A DNA stretch of 63,541 bases, the filler included. It is 8 parts of 8 records of this genome, joined end to end, with 100 filler letters (N's around TTAATTAATTAA, not from the genome) between each part and the next. Parts side by side here need not be neighbours in the genome. Positions count along the whole stretch, not along the records: positions 6,131 to 17,667 come from SRR31147125_15929; positions 17,768 to 27,359 come from SRR31147125_15932; 6 more parts are not named here. One strand, 5' to 3'. The translations under genes were made by a program, and so were the position numbers. Of this stretch, positions 8,562 through 19,248 are shown in pieces. Positions within the stretch are counted from its first letter, which is position 1, and every line of letters starts with the position of its first letter. A model generated the notes under the pieces. The model was not told the origin of the DNA and did no database searches. It was given only the letters and a program-made list of their open reading frames with translations.

Positions 8562-10806
8562 ATGATTAAAAAGCTTTTATATATCTGCCTGTTTATGTTG
8601 CCCTTTTCTTTGTTTGCGCAAAGTACAATGGTTCCGTTCAAACATGTGCCAGGCAACAAAGAAATTATTGATTTACTCGATGTTGATTACAGCCCCGAAC
8701 TAAAAGCCATACAAAACAAATACAACAAGGGCTTACAAAAAGAAGCTCTTGATGAGTTGGCCTTATATTTTAAAGAGCGTTTTTCTGAACGCTATTTCTT
8801 CGATTGGAAAAACTTCGAAAACCGCTTTGCTGAATACAATCTAATGTATTCGGGGCGAGAAAAATTTCATGCAAAAGAAGCTGCCAAACACCTCGAATTA
8901 TACCCGGCAACTACACAATGGAAAATTGGTTTCGAAAATCTGAAAGGCGAAACAGTTACTTCTTATCCTTACCGCCATTTAACACGCCAGCACAAAGCCG
9001 GAAGTATCGCTTTTTTATATCACTATAAAAACGATAAAAAATATTTGGATTACATTCCCGGGCAGGCAGCCTCGTTAAACGCTGCGTTCAACAACAATCA
9101 ATTCGAAATTATTGAAGACGGCAACGGAGCTTACGAAGTTTACCGCGCCGGAAACCGTGTTTGGCACTGGTTACAAGTTCATCAAATACTTTTGGCTTCT
9201 GATGAATATTCTACAGATCAGCAATTGGAAATGATTCGCACAATGTTGCATACTGCAGCAAAATTTTACCATCACAATCCAAAATACACCAACGGAAACC
9301 ACCAAACTCGTGGAATGAGTGCTTTGGCCATATTGGCTTTTCTTTTCCCCGAAATAAAAGGAGCCGACCAGTGGAAAGAACGTTCGCTTCAACGTTTGGA
9401 AGAGCACCTCGAAAAAGAAATTTATGCCGACGGTTTTCAGTTCGAGCGTGGTGTGCATTATCACATCGACGATATTGAAAATTATTTTTACCCCTACCAG
9501 TTGGCAAAACTGAATAATATTGAATTAAACCCGCTTTGGGAAACAAGAATAAAAGGGCTTTTCGATGTATTGCTGAAAATTGCAATGCCAAACAAAAAAG
9601 TTCCGGTTTTACAAGACGACACCGATTCGCCCTGGGCAGAATACAACGTAATTGATAACACCATGGCTTTGGGAGCCGTTCTTTTTGGCAATCCGGAATA
9701 CGTTTATTTTGCCTCATCGAAAGTGGCATCGCACTATTACTGGTTTTTAACAACCGGGCAATTGGCGCGTTTAAAATCGGTGAAGAAAAAGGCGCCGAAA
9801 ATCGGATCGTGTAATTTACCCGAAACCGGTTACTACGTTACGCGTAACGGTTGGGACCAAGACGATGTGTACATGATTATTTCTGCCGGAATTACGCCAC
9901 AGAAACCAGATCACCAGCACGGCGACATGTTGGGAATTCAGGCATACGCTTACGGAAATATAATGTTACCCAATTACCAGGTGCGCTACTATCTAAAAGA
10001 TTTGCCCGAGTTTAAAAATTCGTGGGTAAAAAATGTGGCTTTGGTCGATTCAATTCCACAAGGTAAAAACTGGAAAGGCAACAAAGGCGGAAGTGGTTTT
10101 GGCAAATTTAAAACCTTTCCAATTCCTGAAGTTATTGGAAAAATACCGATGATTTTGATTTGTTCATAGGAACACACGATGGAAATAAAGACATTGAAAC
10201 AGCAACTTTCCGCACAATAATTTTTGTGAAAGACGAATTTTGGATTGTTAAGGACAACTTCATCTCCAACAACACAGAACATACTACACAACAAGTGTGG
10301 CAAGGCCATTACGGTGTGCACAAAGAAGGCAAGCACATCCGTTCTGTATTTCCGAATGGCGCCGGACTTGAAATCATTCAGTTGGGCGAATCTGCTGATA
10401 AAATCACTTTTGCATCGGCACGTGGAAAAGGCAGAGGTGTTTTCGAAAAAAATTCCGGAACGAAACTTCGTGGACAACAATTTTATTTCCATTTAAAGAT
10501 TTTGAAGAACGCCTGACAATGGACGATTACAGCAATTTTAAAGCGAACGACTGGAAAGTTGTTTCAGCAGAAAATTGTCCTGAAAAACTAAAAACCAATG
10601 CACAGCAAATCGTTTACAAAAAACAGAATTACCTTCTTATCGGAGCATCAGAAATAACGATTGAAGGATCAGAATTATCAATGAATAAAAAGTCTGAATT
10701 GTGGATAAAGGTTATAGAAAATGGATTAGAAATAACCAACTGCGGAATTCAGACAGTAGAGATAAATAAGCAGAGTGTTAAACCGGGCGAAAGAATAAAA
10801 TTATAA
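8562..10806 (+). CDS. Heparinase II/III-family polysaccharide lyase; one gene split by two frameshifts (~10140, ~10450)
   Basis: GNHQTRG, DGFQFERGVHYH, ETGYYVTRNGW and HQHGDMLG. ORFs 8562-10169, 10160-10516 and 10519-10806 join across A-runs to give continuous protein-like sequence. Confidence 0.8.
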
Positions 10807-12080
10807 TGAGCGAAACAAAAGCAAATAAAAGTCTTTTACAAAAACTAATTGCCATTGTATTGTCTTTTGGCCCCGGTATTTTTGCTATTGGTTACACTAT
10901 TGGTACGGGCAGCGTAACATCTATGATTGTTGCCGGTAGTACGTTCGGAATGCAGTTACTTTGGGTGTTGTTACTCAGCTGTATTTTTTCGGGCGTGTTA
11001 ATTTTCACCTACGGAAAATATACGCTGGTAACAGGCGAAACAGCTTTGTTTGGCTTTAAAAACCACCTAAAATTCGGCAAGTTAGTAGCCATTCTCATAA
11101 TTATTGGAATTACCTTCGGGCAGTGGAATTCGCTTTCCGGAATACTTGGTATTTCTGCCAATATGATTTACGAAATTGTAGCTTTATACTATCCTTCAAT
11201 CAGTAACTCTGAATACGAAATTGTGCTGGGAATTGCCATTGTAATTATCGTAACATTCTACGGTTTATTAATGGTGGGAAAATACACATTCTTCGAAAAG
11301 GTATTGGTAATTTTTGTTACCATTATGGGCCTTTCATTTATTGCTTCGCTGTTTTTTGTATTTCCGCAACCAACAGAAATTATTGGAGGTTTAATTCCGT
11401 CGATACCCGATGTGCAAGGCGGACAAATGCTGACTGCTGCATTTGTGGGAACAACCATGGCAGCCGCAACTTTCCTTTCGCGACCTCTTTTTGTGATGGG
11501 AAAAGGCTGGACAATAAAAGATTTGAAAAAACAAAAAAGCGATTCAATTACAGCAGCAATTTTGGTATTTGTAATTAGCAGTTCGATTATGGCGGTAGCT
11601 TGCGGAGCTTTGTACCAGGAAGGTAAAGTGGTAACAAAAGTACTCGACATGGTGAACACGCTCGAACCGATTGCCGGCCGTTTTGCACTTACCATTTTCG
11701 TTTTCGGAACCTTAAGTGCCGGGCTTTCATCAATCTTTCCTTGTTTAATGATTGCACCACTTTTACTTGCCGATTACCAGGAAGGGAAACTTGATACCAA
11801 TTCAAAACAATTCAGAATTGTAACTGCAGTGGCCGGAGTAGTGGCATTGTTAGTTCCAATTTTGGGCGAAAATCCTATTCAGGCACAAATACTTACACAG
11901 GTTTTTAATGTGTTTGTTTTGCCACTGGTAATTGTCGGAATCATCATTTTGGCAAACAACAAGAAACGCATGGGCGAGCATAAAATTAATTGGTTTGTAA
12001 ATAGTGGTTTAGTGTTGGCTCTCATTTTTTCGCTGGTAATTTCGTACAACGGAGCCATTGCTGTAATAAACTATTTTTAA
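10806..12080 (+). CDS. NRAMP-related transporter
   Basis: About 11 hydrophobic segments; FGPG-x5-TIGTGS-x5-AG-x-x-FG-x-x-LLW and FVGTT motifs. Confidence 0.8.
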   Translation: MSETKANKSLLQKLIAIVLSFGPGIFAIGYTIGTGSVTSMIVAGSTFGMQLLWVLLLSCIFSGVLIFTYGKYTLVTGETALFGFKNHLKFGKLVAILIIIGITFGQWNSLSGILGISANMIYEIVALYYPSISNSEYEIVLGIAIVIIVTFYGLLMVGKYTFFEKVLVIFVTIMGLSFIASLFFVFPQPTEIIGGLIPSIPDVQGGQMLTAAFVGTTMAAATFLSRPLFVMGKGWTIKDLKKQKSDSITAAILVFVISSSIMAVACGALYQEGKVVTKVLDMVNTLEPIAGRFALTIFVFGTLSAGLSSIFPCLMIAPLLLADYQEGKLDTNSKQFRIVTAVAGVVALLVPILGENPIQAQILTQVFNVFVLPLVIVGIIILANNKKRMGEHKINWFVNSGLVLALIFSLVISYNGAIAVINYF

Positions 12081-12089
12081 GACAATTAG

Positions 12090-13772
12090 ATGACGAAATA
12101 CGCATTCATAATATTAATCGTACTGCGGGTTGCTTTGTCTTCAAACGCTGAAGTTTATAAAGTAAATTCTGAAAGTCAGCTTGAAGATGCTGTTACAGGG
12201 ATTATGCCGGGCGATACTGTTTTACTGGCAGCACAAAACTGGAACGATGTTGAGCTGGAATTTAAAGGCGAAGGCACAGAAAGTCTACCAATTGTTTTTG
12301 GCGCTGAAACACCGGGGCAAACCATTTTTACCGGCAACAGCCGAATTGAAATTAGTGGCAACTGGCTGGTGGTGCGCGATTTTATTTTCAAAGAAGGTGA
12401 TATTACCGACGATGGCTCAATAATTGCTTTTCGAACCAGCTCGTCTACTTTGGCACATAATTGCCGCCTTACAAATGTTGCTATCGAAAATTATAATCCG
12501 GCAAACGGAAGCCTCGACACAAAATACGTTTCGCTTTACGGAACTTATAACCGCGTTGACCACTGCAGCTTTTCAGGAAAAACAAACGCAGGAGCCACTT
12601 TTGTTGTTTGGCTCGACGAAACACCCGATTATCATTTAATTGACCATAATCATTTTGGTCCGCGCGAAGATTTAGGCGAAAACGGTGGCGAAACTATCCG
12701 CATTGGAACCAGCGATTGGGAAAGCTTCAATTCGAATTGTGTGGTTGAATTTAACCTGTTTGACGAGTGCGATGGTGAGATTGAAATCATTTCAAATAAA
12801 TCGGTTGGTAATCATTACCGATACAACACTTTCGATAACTGCGAAGGAACGCTAACGCTGCGTCATGGCTCGGATTGCCGGGTGTATGGCAATTACTTTT
12901 TTGGCAACGATGAAAAAAATTGCGGAGGCATCCGAATCATTGGTCCCGGACACAGAGTGTTTAATAATTATCTCGAAAATTTGGAAGGAACATCTTACCG
13001 GGCAGCCATTTGTTTAATGAATGGAGTACCCAATTCTCCGGCAAACCGCTATCGCCAGATAGATGATGCGCAAGTTGGTTATAATACCATTATAAATTGT
13101 AAAGAGCCTTTTGCAGTTGGGGCAGGCGTGAGTGATGAATTGTCGCTTGCACCAATAAATTCGTTGATAGAAAATAATATGGTTGTTTCGAAAGAAAGTC
13201 GCGATTTGGTAAACGAATACAGTTCGGCAAACGGAGTAAGCTGGAAGGGAATTTTTACCGATGCTGAAAATATTGGTATCACAGCCGATGGTTTTATTCA
13301 AACTGAATTGCCAATGGTTTTAAGCGGAAAAATGCAAACGCCAACCAGCGAAAATCCTGTAATTGGAGCAGCACAATCAGGAGCATTCGATACTTTAATG
13401 GTTGATATTGACGGGCAAAGCCGCCCCGAAACTGCCAAAGACGCAGGCTGCGACCAGTTATCGGACGAAGGAAAAACAATTGTTCCTTTAACAATATTGG
13501 ATGTTGGCGCCAACTACGAGGTAACTACTTCTGCCCAAATATCAGAAACACCCGAATATAATATTTACATAAATAATGGAACCTTAAACGTAAGTTTCGG
13601 GAATGAAGGAAAACGAACTGTATCAATGTTTTCATTGAATGGAAAGTTGCTTTCAACCTCCCAGGTTTATGCACGGAATTATACGCAAACAGTCGGCCAA
13701 CTTCCACGCTTTTTTATTGTAGAAGTTCGCGAAGAAGCAAGTAGATACACAGTAAAACTTATTCAACAATAA
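12090..13772 (+). CDS. PL6 (chondroitinase-B-like beta-helix) alginate lyase with a C-terminal T9SS-like domain
   Basis: PGDTV, NRVDHC, NGGETIRIGTS, DGEIEIISNKS and GTLTLRHG; signal peptide; C-terminal FSLNGK...VKLI. Confidence 0.9.
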   Translation: MTKYAFIILIVLRVALSSNAEVYKVNSESQLEDAVTGIMPGDTVLLAAQNWNDVELEFKGEGTESLPIVFGAETPGQTIFTGNSRIEISGNWLVVRDFIFKEGDITDDGSIIAFRTSSSTLAHNCRLTNVAIENYNPANGSLDTKYVSLYGTYNRVDHCSFSGKTNAGATFVVWLDETPDYHLIDHNHFGPREDLGENGGETIRIGTSDWESFNSNCVVEFNLFDECDGEIEIISNKSVGNHYRYNTFDNCEGTLTLRHGSDCRVYGNYFFGNDEKNCGGIRIIGPGHRVFNNYLENLEGTSYRAAICLMNGVPNSPANRYRQIDDAQVGYNTIINCKEPFAVGAGVSDELSLAPINSLIENNMVVSKESRDLVNEYSSANGVSWKGIFTDAENIGITADGFIQTELPMVLSGKMQTPTSENPVIGAAQSGAFDTLMVDIDGQSRPETAKDAGCDQLSDEGKTIVPLTILDVGANYEVTTSAQISETPEYNIYINNGTLNVSFGNEGKRTVSMFSLNGKLLSTSQVYARNYTQTVGQLPRFFIVEVREEASRYTVKLIQQ

Positions 13773-13777
13773 ATTAA

Positions 13778-15976
13778 ATGAAACGCATACAAACATATTT
13801 ATTTCTTTTATTGTCGGTAGTGCTGTTTTCTTGCCAGCAAGAAAAAGAAATTGCGAGCAACGATGGCTTTCCAAAGCTGATTCTGCAAAAATCGGCTGTG
13901 TCGGAGATTGTTGACGGACTGGAAAAATATCCAATGCTTACAACATCGTTCGAAAATGCCAAAACCATTGCCGACAAAGGAATGGAAGCCGGAATTGTGG
14001 TGCCTTTCCCAAAAGATCCGGGTGGTGGTTACACGCACGAAAAACACAAGCAGAATTACCTTGAAATGTACAATGCCGGGGTAGTTTATCAGCTAACAAA
14101 AGATGAAAAATACGCAGCGTTTGTACGCGATATGCTAAATAATTACGCGAAACTTTATCCAACGCTTGGCATTCACCCAATGCAGAAAAACCAAGCGTCC
14201 GGGAAACTGTTTTGGCAGGGATTAAACGAATCGGTGTGGTTGGTTTATACCATTCAGGCTTACGATTGTATTTACGATTTTCTTTCTGCCGTAGAACGGA
14301 CAAATATTGAAGATAACCTGTTCAAAGAAGTAGTTGAGTTTTTTACAGTTGAAGACAAGTATTCGTTCGACCGCGTGCACAACCACGGAACATGGGCTGT
14401 TGCCGGAGTAGGAATGACCGGAATGGTTTTAGGCGATTCGCTGTTGGTACAAAAAGCTTTGTACAGCACAAAATTAGATGGTTCGGGCGGTTTCCTAAAA
14501 CAAATTGATGAGCTGTTTTCGCCTGACGGATATTATGCTGAAGGACCGTATTACCAGCGTTATGCTTTGATGCCGTTTATCGTTTTTGCACAGGCATTGG
14601 AAAATAATCTGCCTGAATTAAAAATATTCGAATACAAAGGAGGAGTTCTTCCAAAAGCGGTGAACACGGTTTTGCAATTAACCAACTCCGATGGTAAATT
14701 TTACCCGATTAACGACGCAATTAAAGATAAATCATGGTTAACGGCTGAATTAGTTTTCGGAACAGACATTGTTTATAAATTAACCGAAAACAAAAACCTG
14801 CTCGACGTTGCGCAATACCACGGTAAAGTAATGTTAAGTGCCGAAGGATTAGCAGTTGCAAAAGCAATTGCTGATGGAGAAACCGAAAGTTTTGTGCGTA
14901 AACCGATGATTATAAAAGATGGTGCAAACGGCGATAAAGGCGGCTTGGCATTACTTCGTTTGGGCGATAGCGAAAACCAAACTTCGGTATTATTTAAATT
15001 TGCTTCGCAAGGAATGGGCCACGGACACTTCGACCGCTTGGGCATTAATCTTTACGATAAAGGAGAAGAGATTATTCCGGATTACGGTGCAGCACGTTTT
15101 CTGAATGTTGCGGCTAAAGAAGGAGGCAGATATCTTCCTGAAAATAAAACCTGGGGAAAACATACCATTGCACACAATACTTTGGTAATTAACGAACAAA
15201 GTAACTTTAACGGCAAACTAAAAGCAGCCGAGGCAAGCAATCCGACATTGGTTTTTGCCGACCTCAATAATCCTGCTGTGCAAGTTGTTTCGGCTACCGA
15301 CGAAAATTGCTACCAAGGTGCATCGCTGAACCGCACTTTAGCTTTGTTCGAAGTTGAAGGAAGAACCTATTTAGTCGACTTATTTAATGTCAAAAATAAA
15401 ACAGCGGGCCAATACGATTTGCCGGTGTATTTTAATGGACAGATTTTAGATGCCAACTTCGAATATTCGAGGTTGACCGAATATAAAATTTTAGGTAATG
15501 ACTTTGGTTACCAGCATTTAATTGTGGATGCCAAAGCCACCAACCTTCCTTCAACAGCACGTATAACCTGGATGAAGGAGAAAGGTTTTTACACGCTGAC
15601 CACTCTGGCAGACTCTGACACCGAATTTTTTGTTACCCGCCTGGGTGCCAACGACCCGAATTATAATTTACGCAACCAAATGGGCATGGTGCTACGCTTT
15701 CCAAAGTCGAAAGACAAAAAGTTGCTGACGGTTTACGAAATGCACGGGAACTACAACCCGGTAAGCGAGGCGGTTTTGCATTCAGAAGGTTCGGTTAAAA
15801 ATCTTCAATTAATTGAAGGTGACAATGAAAAAGTGGCTGTTCTGCTTGAATTAAAAAACGAAAAGACAATACAACTCTTGCTCGATTTGAAATTTGCTGA
15901 TTCAGAAACAAATTCTTTACAGGTTGATGGCAAGGAAATAAGTTGGAGTGGAAATTATAGAGTTAAAATGGATTGA
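13778..15976 (+). CDS. PL17 oligoalginate lyase (lipoprotein)
   Basis: Lipobox LFSC; GGGYTHEKHK, LNESVWL, HNHGTW, EGPYYQRYA, GMGHGHFD and DYGAARFLN. Confidence 0.92.
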   Translation: MKRIQTYLFLLLSVVLFSCQQEKEIASNDGFPKLILQKSAVSEIVDGLEKYPMLTTSFENAKTIADKGMEAGIVVPFPKDPGGGYTHEKHKQNYLEMYNAGVVYQLTKDEKYAAFVRDMLNNYAKLYPTLGIHPMQKNQASGKLFWQGLNESVWLVYTIQAYDCIYDFLSAVERTNIEDNLFKEVVEFFTVEDKYSFDRVHNHGTWAVAGVGMTGMVLGDSLLVQKALYSTKLDGSGGFLKQIDELFSPDGYYAEGPYYQRYALMPFIVFAQALENNLPELKIFEYKGGVLPKAVNTVLQLTNSDGKFYPINDAIKDKSWLTAELVFGTDIVYKLTENKNLLDVAQYHGKVMLSAEGLAVAKAIADGETESFVRKPMIIKDGANGDKGGLALLRLGDSENQTSVLFKFASQGMGHGHFDRLGINLYDKGEEIIPDYGAARFLNVAAKEGGRYLPENKTWGKHTIAHNTLVINEQSNFNGKLKAAEASNPTLVFADLNNPAVQVVSATDENCYQGASLNRTLALFEVEGRTYLVDLFNVKNKTAGQYDLPVYFNGQILDANFEYSRLTEYKILGNDFGYQHLIVDAKATNLPSTARITWMKEKGFYTLTTLADSDTEFFVTRLGANDPNYNLRNQMGMVLRFPKSKDKKLLTVYEMHGNYNPVSEAVLHSEGSVKNLQLIEGDNEKVAVLLELKNEKTIQLLLDLKFADSETNSLQVDGKEISWSGNYRVKMD

Positions 15977-15983
15977 AAACGCA

Positions 15984-16011
15984 GTCACACTTCGACTACG
16001 CTCAGACTGAC
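15984..16011. repeat. REP-like intergenic element (CTTCGACTACGCTCAG..TGAC type)
   Basis: GTCACACTTCGACTACGCTCAGACTGAC with GTCA/TGAC ends; resembles repeats widespread in Bacteroidota. Single copy here. Confidence 0.5.
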
Positions 16012-16048
16012 AGGATAAAAAACAAGTATAAACTAAAAATAAAAAATT

Positions 16049-16414
16049 ATGGCAAGCGAAAAATTTATTAAAAACAGTGAGAATTGGGAAGAGCTTGGTG
16101 GTGGCGTATCGCGTCAGTTTCAGGGATGGGACAACCAGATTATGATGGTGAAAGTAAAGTTTGAAAAAGGTGCAGAAGGTGCTCCTCACCAACACTTTCA
16201 TACACAAGCAACTTATTGTGCAGCCGGTAAATTCGAATTTACCATCGATGGAGAGAAAAGCTTGGTTGAAGCTGGAGAAGGCGTTTATATTGCTCCTAAC
16301 TTATTACACGGAGCTCTATGTTTAGAGGCAGGTATTCTAATCGATGTTTTCAGCCCGGTTCGCGAAGATTTCCTTGATGGAACCGGAGTTTCTTATTTCG
16401 GAGATAAAAAGTAG
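16049..16414 (+). CDS. kdgF: Cupin, KdgF-like (unsaturated uronate ring-opening)
   Basis: GVSRQ, HQHFHTQ, HGALCLEAG and IDVFSPVREDF; located between PL17 and the uronate MFS. Confidence 0.85.
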   Translation: MASEKFIKNSENWEELGGGVSRQFQGWDNQIMMVKVKFEKGAEGAPHQHFHTQATYCAAGKFEFTIDGEKSLVEAGEGVYIAPNLLHGALCLEAGILIDVFSPVREDFLDGTGVSYFGDKK

Positions 16415-16467
16415 TATCATAAAAATGGGACATAACAAGGCTTTTGCCAGCTCTTGTTGCTTCGATT

Positions 16468-16508
16468 CTCCCCTTTCTTTGGGGAGATGTCCAAAGGACA
16501 GAGGGGTT
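16468..16508. repeat. REP-like double-hairpin intergenic element
   Basis: CTCCCC-TTTCTTT-GGGGAG followed by TGTCC-AAA-GGACA-GAGGGG. Confidence 0.45.
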
Positions 16509-16528
16509 TTCCCAGCAAAAAATAAATT

Positions 16529-17667
16529 ATGAAATTAAAAGGATTACGTTGGTGGATTATCGGGCTGATTGGCCTGGCAACCGTCATAAATTATATCGAC
16601 AGAAGTGCTTTGGCAATTATGTGGCCAAGTATTTCAGAAGATTTAGGAATGACCAAAAACGACTATGCTCTTATATTGAATGTATTCATGATTGCATATG
16701 CCGTTGGACAATCGGTTTCCGGAAAGTTATTTGATAAAATCGGAACCCGAATGGGATATGTTGTTGTGATAATGGTTTGGGGACTATCGTCATTCTTCCA
16801 TTCAATGGCACGAGGATTATTATCGTTTAGCTTTTTACGCGTAACTCTTGGTTTAGGAGAGGCCGGTAACTGGCCCGGTGCAGCAAAAAGTAATGCCGAA
16901 TGGTTTCCGATTAAAGAGCGTGCTATTGCACAGGGAATCTTTAATGCCGGTGCTTCAGTAGGTTCGGTAATAGCTCCGCCGTTAATTGCGCTTTTATGGG
17001 CAGCCTTTGGTTGGAAAATAACCTTTATGTTTGTTGGTTCTTTTGGTTTGTTATGGTTAATTCCCTGGTTGTTAATAAACCGTGCGGGAGTTGATAAACA
17101 CCCTTGGCTAACCGATTTGGAGCGCGACTACATTAAAAAAGGACAGCACAAATCGGAACAAAAAAGCGACGCAAAAGGCAAAAGGATAGGTCAAATTCTT
17201 TCATACAAAGAATCGTGGGCTGTACTAATTGGGCGATTTTTTCTGGAACCAATATGGTGGCTGTTTGTGGGTTGGATGCCATTATACCTTGCCGATGTTT
17301 ATGGATTTAATGTAAAAGAAATTGGATTCTTTGCCTGGGTTCCGTATGTGGGCGCAGCTGTTGGTAGTATTGGCGGTGGTTGGTTTTCCGGAAGTTTAAT
17401 GACAAAAGGAAATTCGGTTAACCGTTCTCGTAAAACAACCATTGTTATCGGTGGAATTATAATGTTTATAGGTTTAATTGCAACAGTGCTGTTTGCCAAT
17501 ACAGCAGAAAAATTTGTGGCAATTGTTGCCTTTGTGTTGTTCGGATTCCAATTTGCAATTAGCAATGTACAAACTATTCCCAGCGACTTATTCAGTGGAA
17601 AATCGGTTGGCTCGTTAGCAGGACTTGGAGGTACTGTTGGAGTATTCTCTGTTATTATTATGAACTT
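16529..17667 (+). CDS. exuT: MFS hexuronate transporter (ExuT-like, ACS family), 3'-truncated
   Basis: LRWWII, INYIDR, EAGNWPG, EWFP-x-KERA-x-AQGIFN-x-G and RFFLEPIWW. Confidence 0.85.
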
Positions 17668-17767
17668 NNNNNNNNNNNNNNNNNNNNNNNNNNNNNNNNN
17701 NNNNNNNNNNNTTAATTAATTAANNNNNNNNNNNNNNNNNNNNNNNNNNNNNNNNNNNNNNNNNNNN
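17668..17767. other. Artificial contig-joining spacer
   Basis: N-run with TTAATTAATTAA. Confidence 0.97.
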
Positions 17768-17866
17768 CGTTGCTCAGGCTTTTTTTTGTCTTTAGGGTGA
17801 AACCTTGAATGGAAATTTACAAATAACAAGAGAAAGTGAAATGCTTTCCCGTCGTTAACCTGGCTT

Positions 17867-18910
17867 TTATGTTGAATCTCTTTCTATTACTGAAGTTTCC
17901 AATAATGTTGTGAGTCCAGGATTTCTTGATCCCTCTATTATAGCAATAATTTCTTGAATCATAAGCTTTCCAATTTCAAATTCTGGAATGTTTATGGTGG
18001 ATAGTGGTGGATGGAAATGAGAGGCAAGAAGACTGTCTTCAAACCCCATTACAGCTATATCGTTTGGGATGCGTAAATCGGCATCTAAAATCGCATGAGC
18101 AGCTCCAACAGCTATACCGTCAGAAGCACATAATACTGCAGTAGGACGATTGTCACATGATAAAAGTTTATTCATGGAATTTTTCCCGGATTCAGCAGAG
18201 AAATCTGAATTTTTTACCAATGCAGGATCGTAGGGAATGTTGTTTTCCTCTAAACAGTTGACGTAGCCATTGAATTTGGGAAGAGTATTAATTGAGGAAT
18301 CGTCTGAGTTTATAAAAGCAATTCGTCTATGGCCTTTTTCAATGAAATGTGAAATAGCTGAATATGCAGCCTTCCATTCATCGATAAATACACAGCTAAT
18401 GCCTTTTACAGATACATTTCCTCCTGTTATTACAACAGGAATATCAAGTTTCTTAACAAAGTTTATTAGCTCTTTTTTCCATTGTCCAGTAACAACTAAT
18501 AAACCGTCAACATGAGAGGGGCTTGTCATATGAATTAAGTTTTTATCGGTTATATTTATCTGTCGAGAAAAAATTAATCCATAATTAGCATCACGTGCAG
18601 CATCTTCAATTCCAACAGCTACATTATCATTAAAGAGCCGCAGTGGATTGCCAAAGCAATAATTAGCTTGAGATTTACATGGGGCGGCAATTGATAAAAC
18701 ACCAATAGTATTTGTTTTCTTTCCAGCCATGGAACGAGCGCTAAGCCGAGGTCGGTAATTAAGTTCCTCTATGGCTTTTAATACTTTATTTCTAGTATCT
18801 TTGCGGATCTTTGGTGAATTTGTCAGAACAAGAGAAACTGTGCTTTTCGAGACTCCAGCAAGTTTGGCAACATCAAAAATTGTACTCAATTTAGTATCCT
18901 TGTAAGACAA
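17867..18910 (-). CDS. LacI family transcriptional regulator
   Basis: TIFDVAKLAGVSKSTVSLVL HTH, LNYRP hinge, GHRRIAFI, PTAVLCASD and PPLSTI. Confidence 0.95.
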   Translation of the reverse strand: MSYKDTKLSTIFDVAKLAGVSKSTVSLVLTNSPKIRKDTRNKVLKAIEELNYRPRLSARSMAGKKTNTIGVLSIAAPCKSQANYCFGNPLRLFNDNVAVGIEDAARDANYGLIFSRQINITDKNLIHMTSPSHVDGLLVVTGQWKKELINFVKKLDIPVVITGGNVSVKGISCVFIDEWKAAYSAISHFIEKGHRRIAFINSDDSSINTLPKFNGYVNCLEENNIPYDPALVKNSDFSAESGKNSMNKLLSCDNRPTAVLCASDGIAVGAAHAILDADLRIPNDIAVMGFEDSLLASHFHPPLSTINIPEFEIGKLMIQEIIAIIEGSRNPGLTTLLETSVIERDST

Positions 18911-18983
18911 TGGATAGAAATACTTACCCGTTTAGTAATTAATACTAATAATACTCTAAATAAAAACAAAGTCAATACAAAAA

Positions 18984-18995
18984 TGGAACGCTCCA
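18984..18995. promoter_or_regulatory. Secondary LacI-type operator
   Basis: TGGAACGCTCCA, one mismatch to the core of the palindrome at 19143; next to a minus-strand TTGACT (18970-18975). Confidence 0.7.
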
Positions 18996-19142
18996 ATTAA
19001 AGGACGAAAAAATACAAAATATAGTCAGTTTATCGATAAATTAGCATTGTTTAACATGTTTAATGATACCAATAACAGGTAAAAAAACCACCTGCAAGCA
19101 AAGAAATAAGATTTTACATAATTCCCATAAGTAAATACATGA

Positions 19143-19194
19143 ATTGGAGCGCTCCAATAAAATAGTTGACAAGTAGAAAAAATTACGATATGAT
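19143..19194 (+). promoter_or_regulatory. LacI operator plus sigma70 promoter of the ABC operon
   Basis: Perfect palindrome ATTGGAGCGCTCCAAT (19143-19158); TTGACA (19166-19171), 17 bp, TATGAT (19189-19194). Confidence 0.85.
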
Positions 19195-19248
19195 CACTTA
19201 GAATTTACATATATCAATTGTAAATTTAAGACCGATAGGAGGGTTTTT

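Noticed and set aside
8562-10806. Programmed frameshifting or pseudogene status for the lyase, HTCS, carbamoyltransferase and TPR genes
   Set aside because: The shifts fall at homopolymers in unrelated contigs with no other sign of decay, so sequencing error is simpler.
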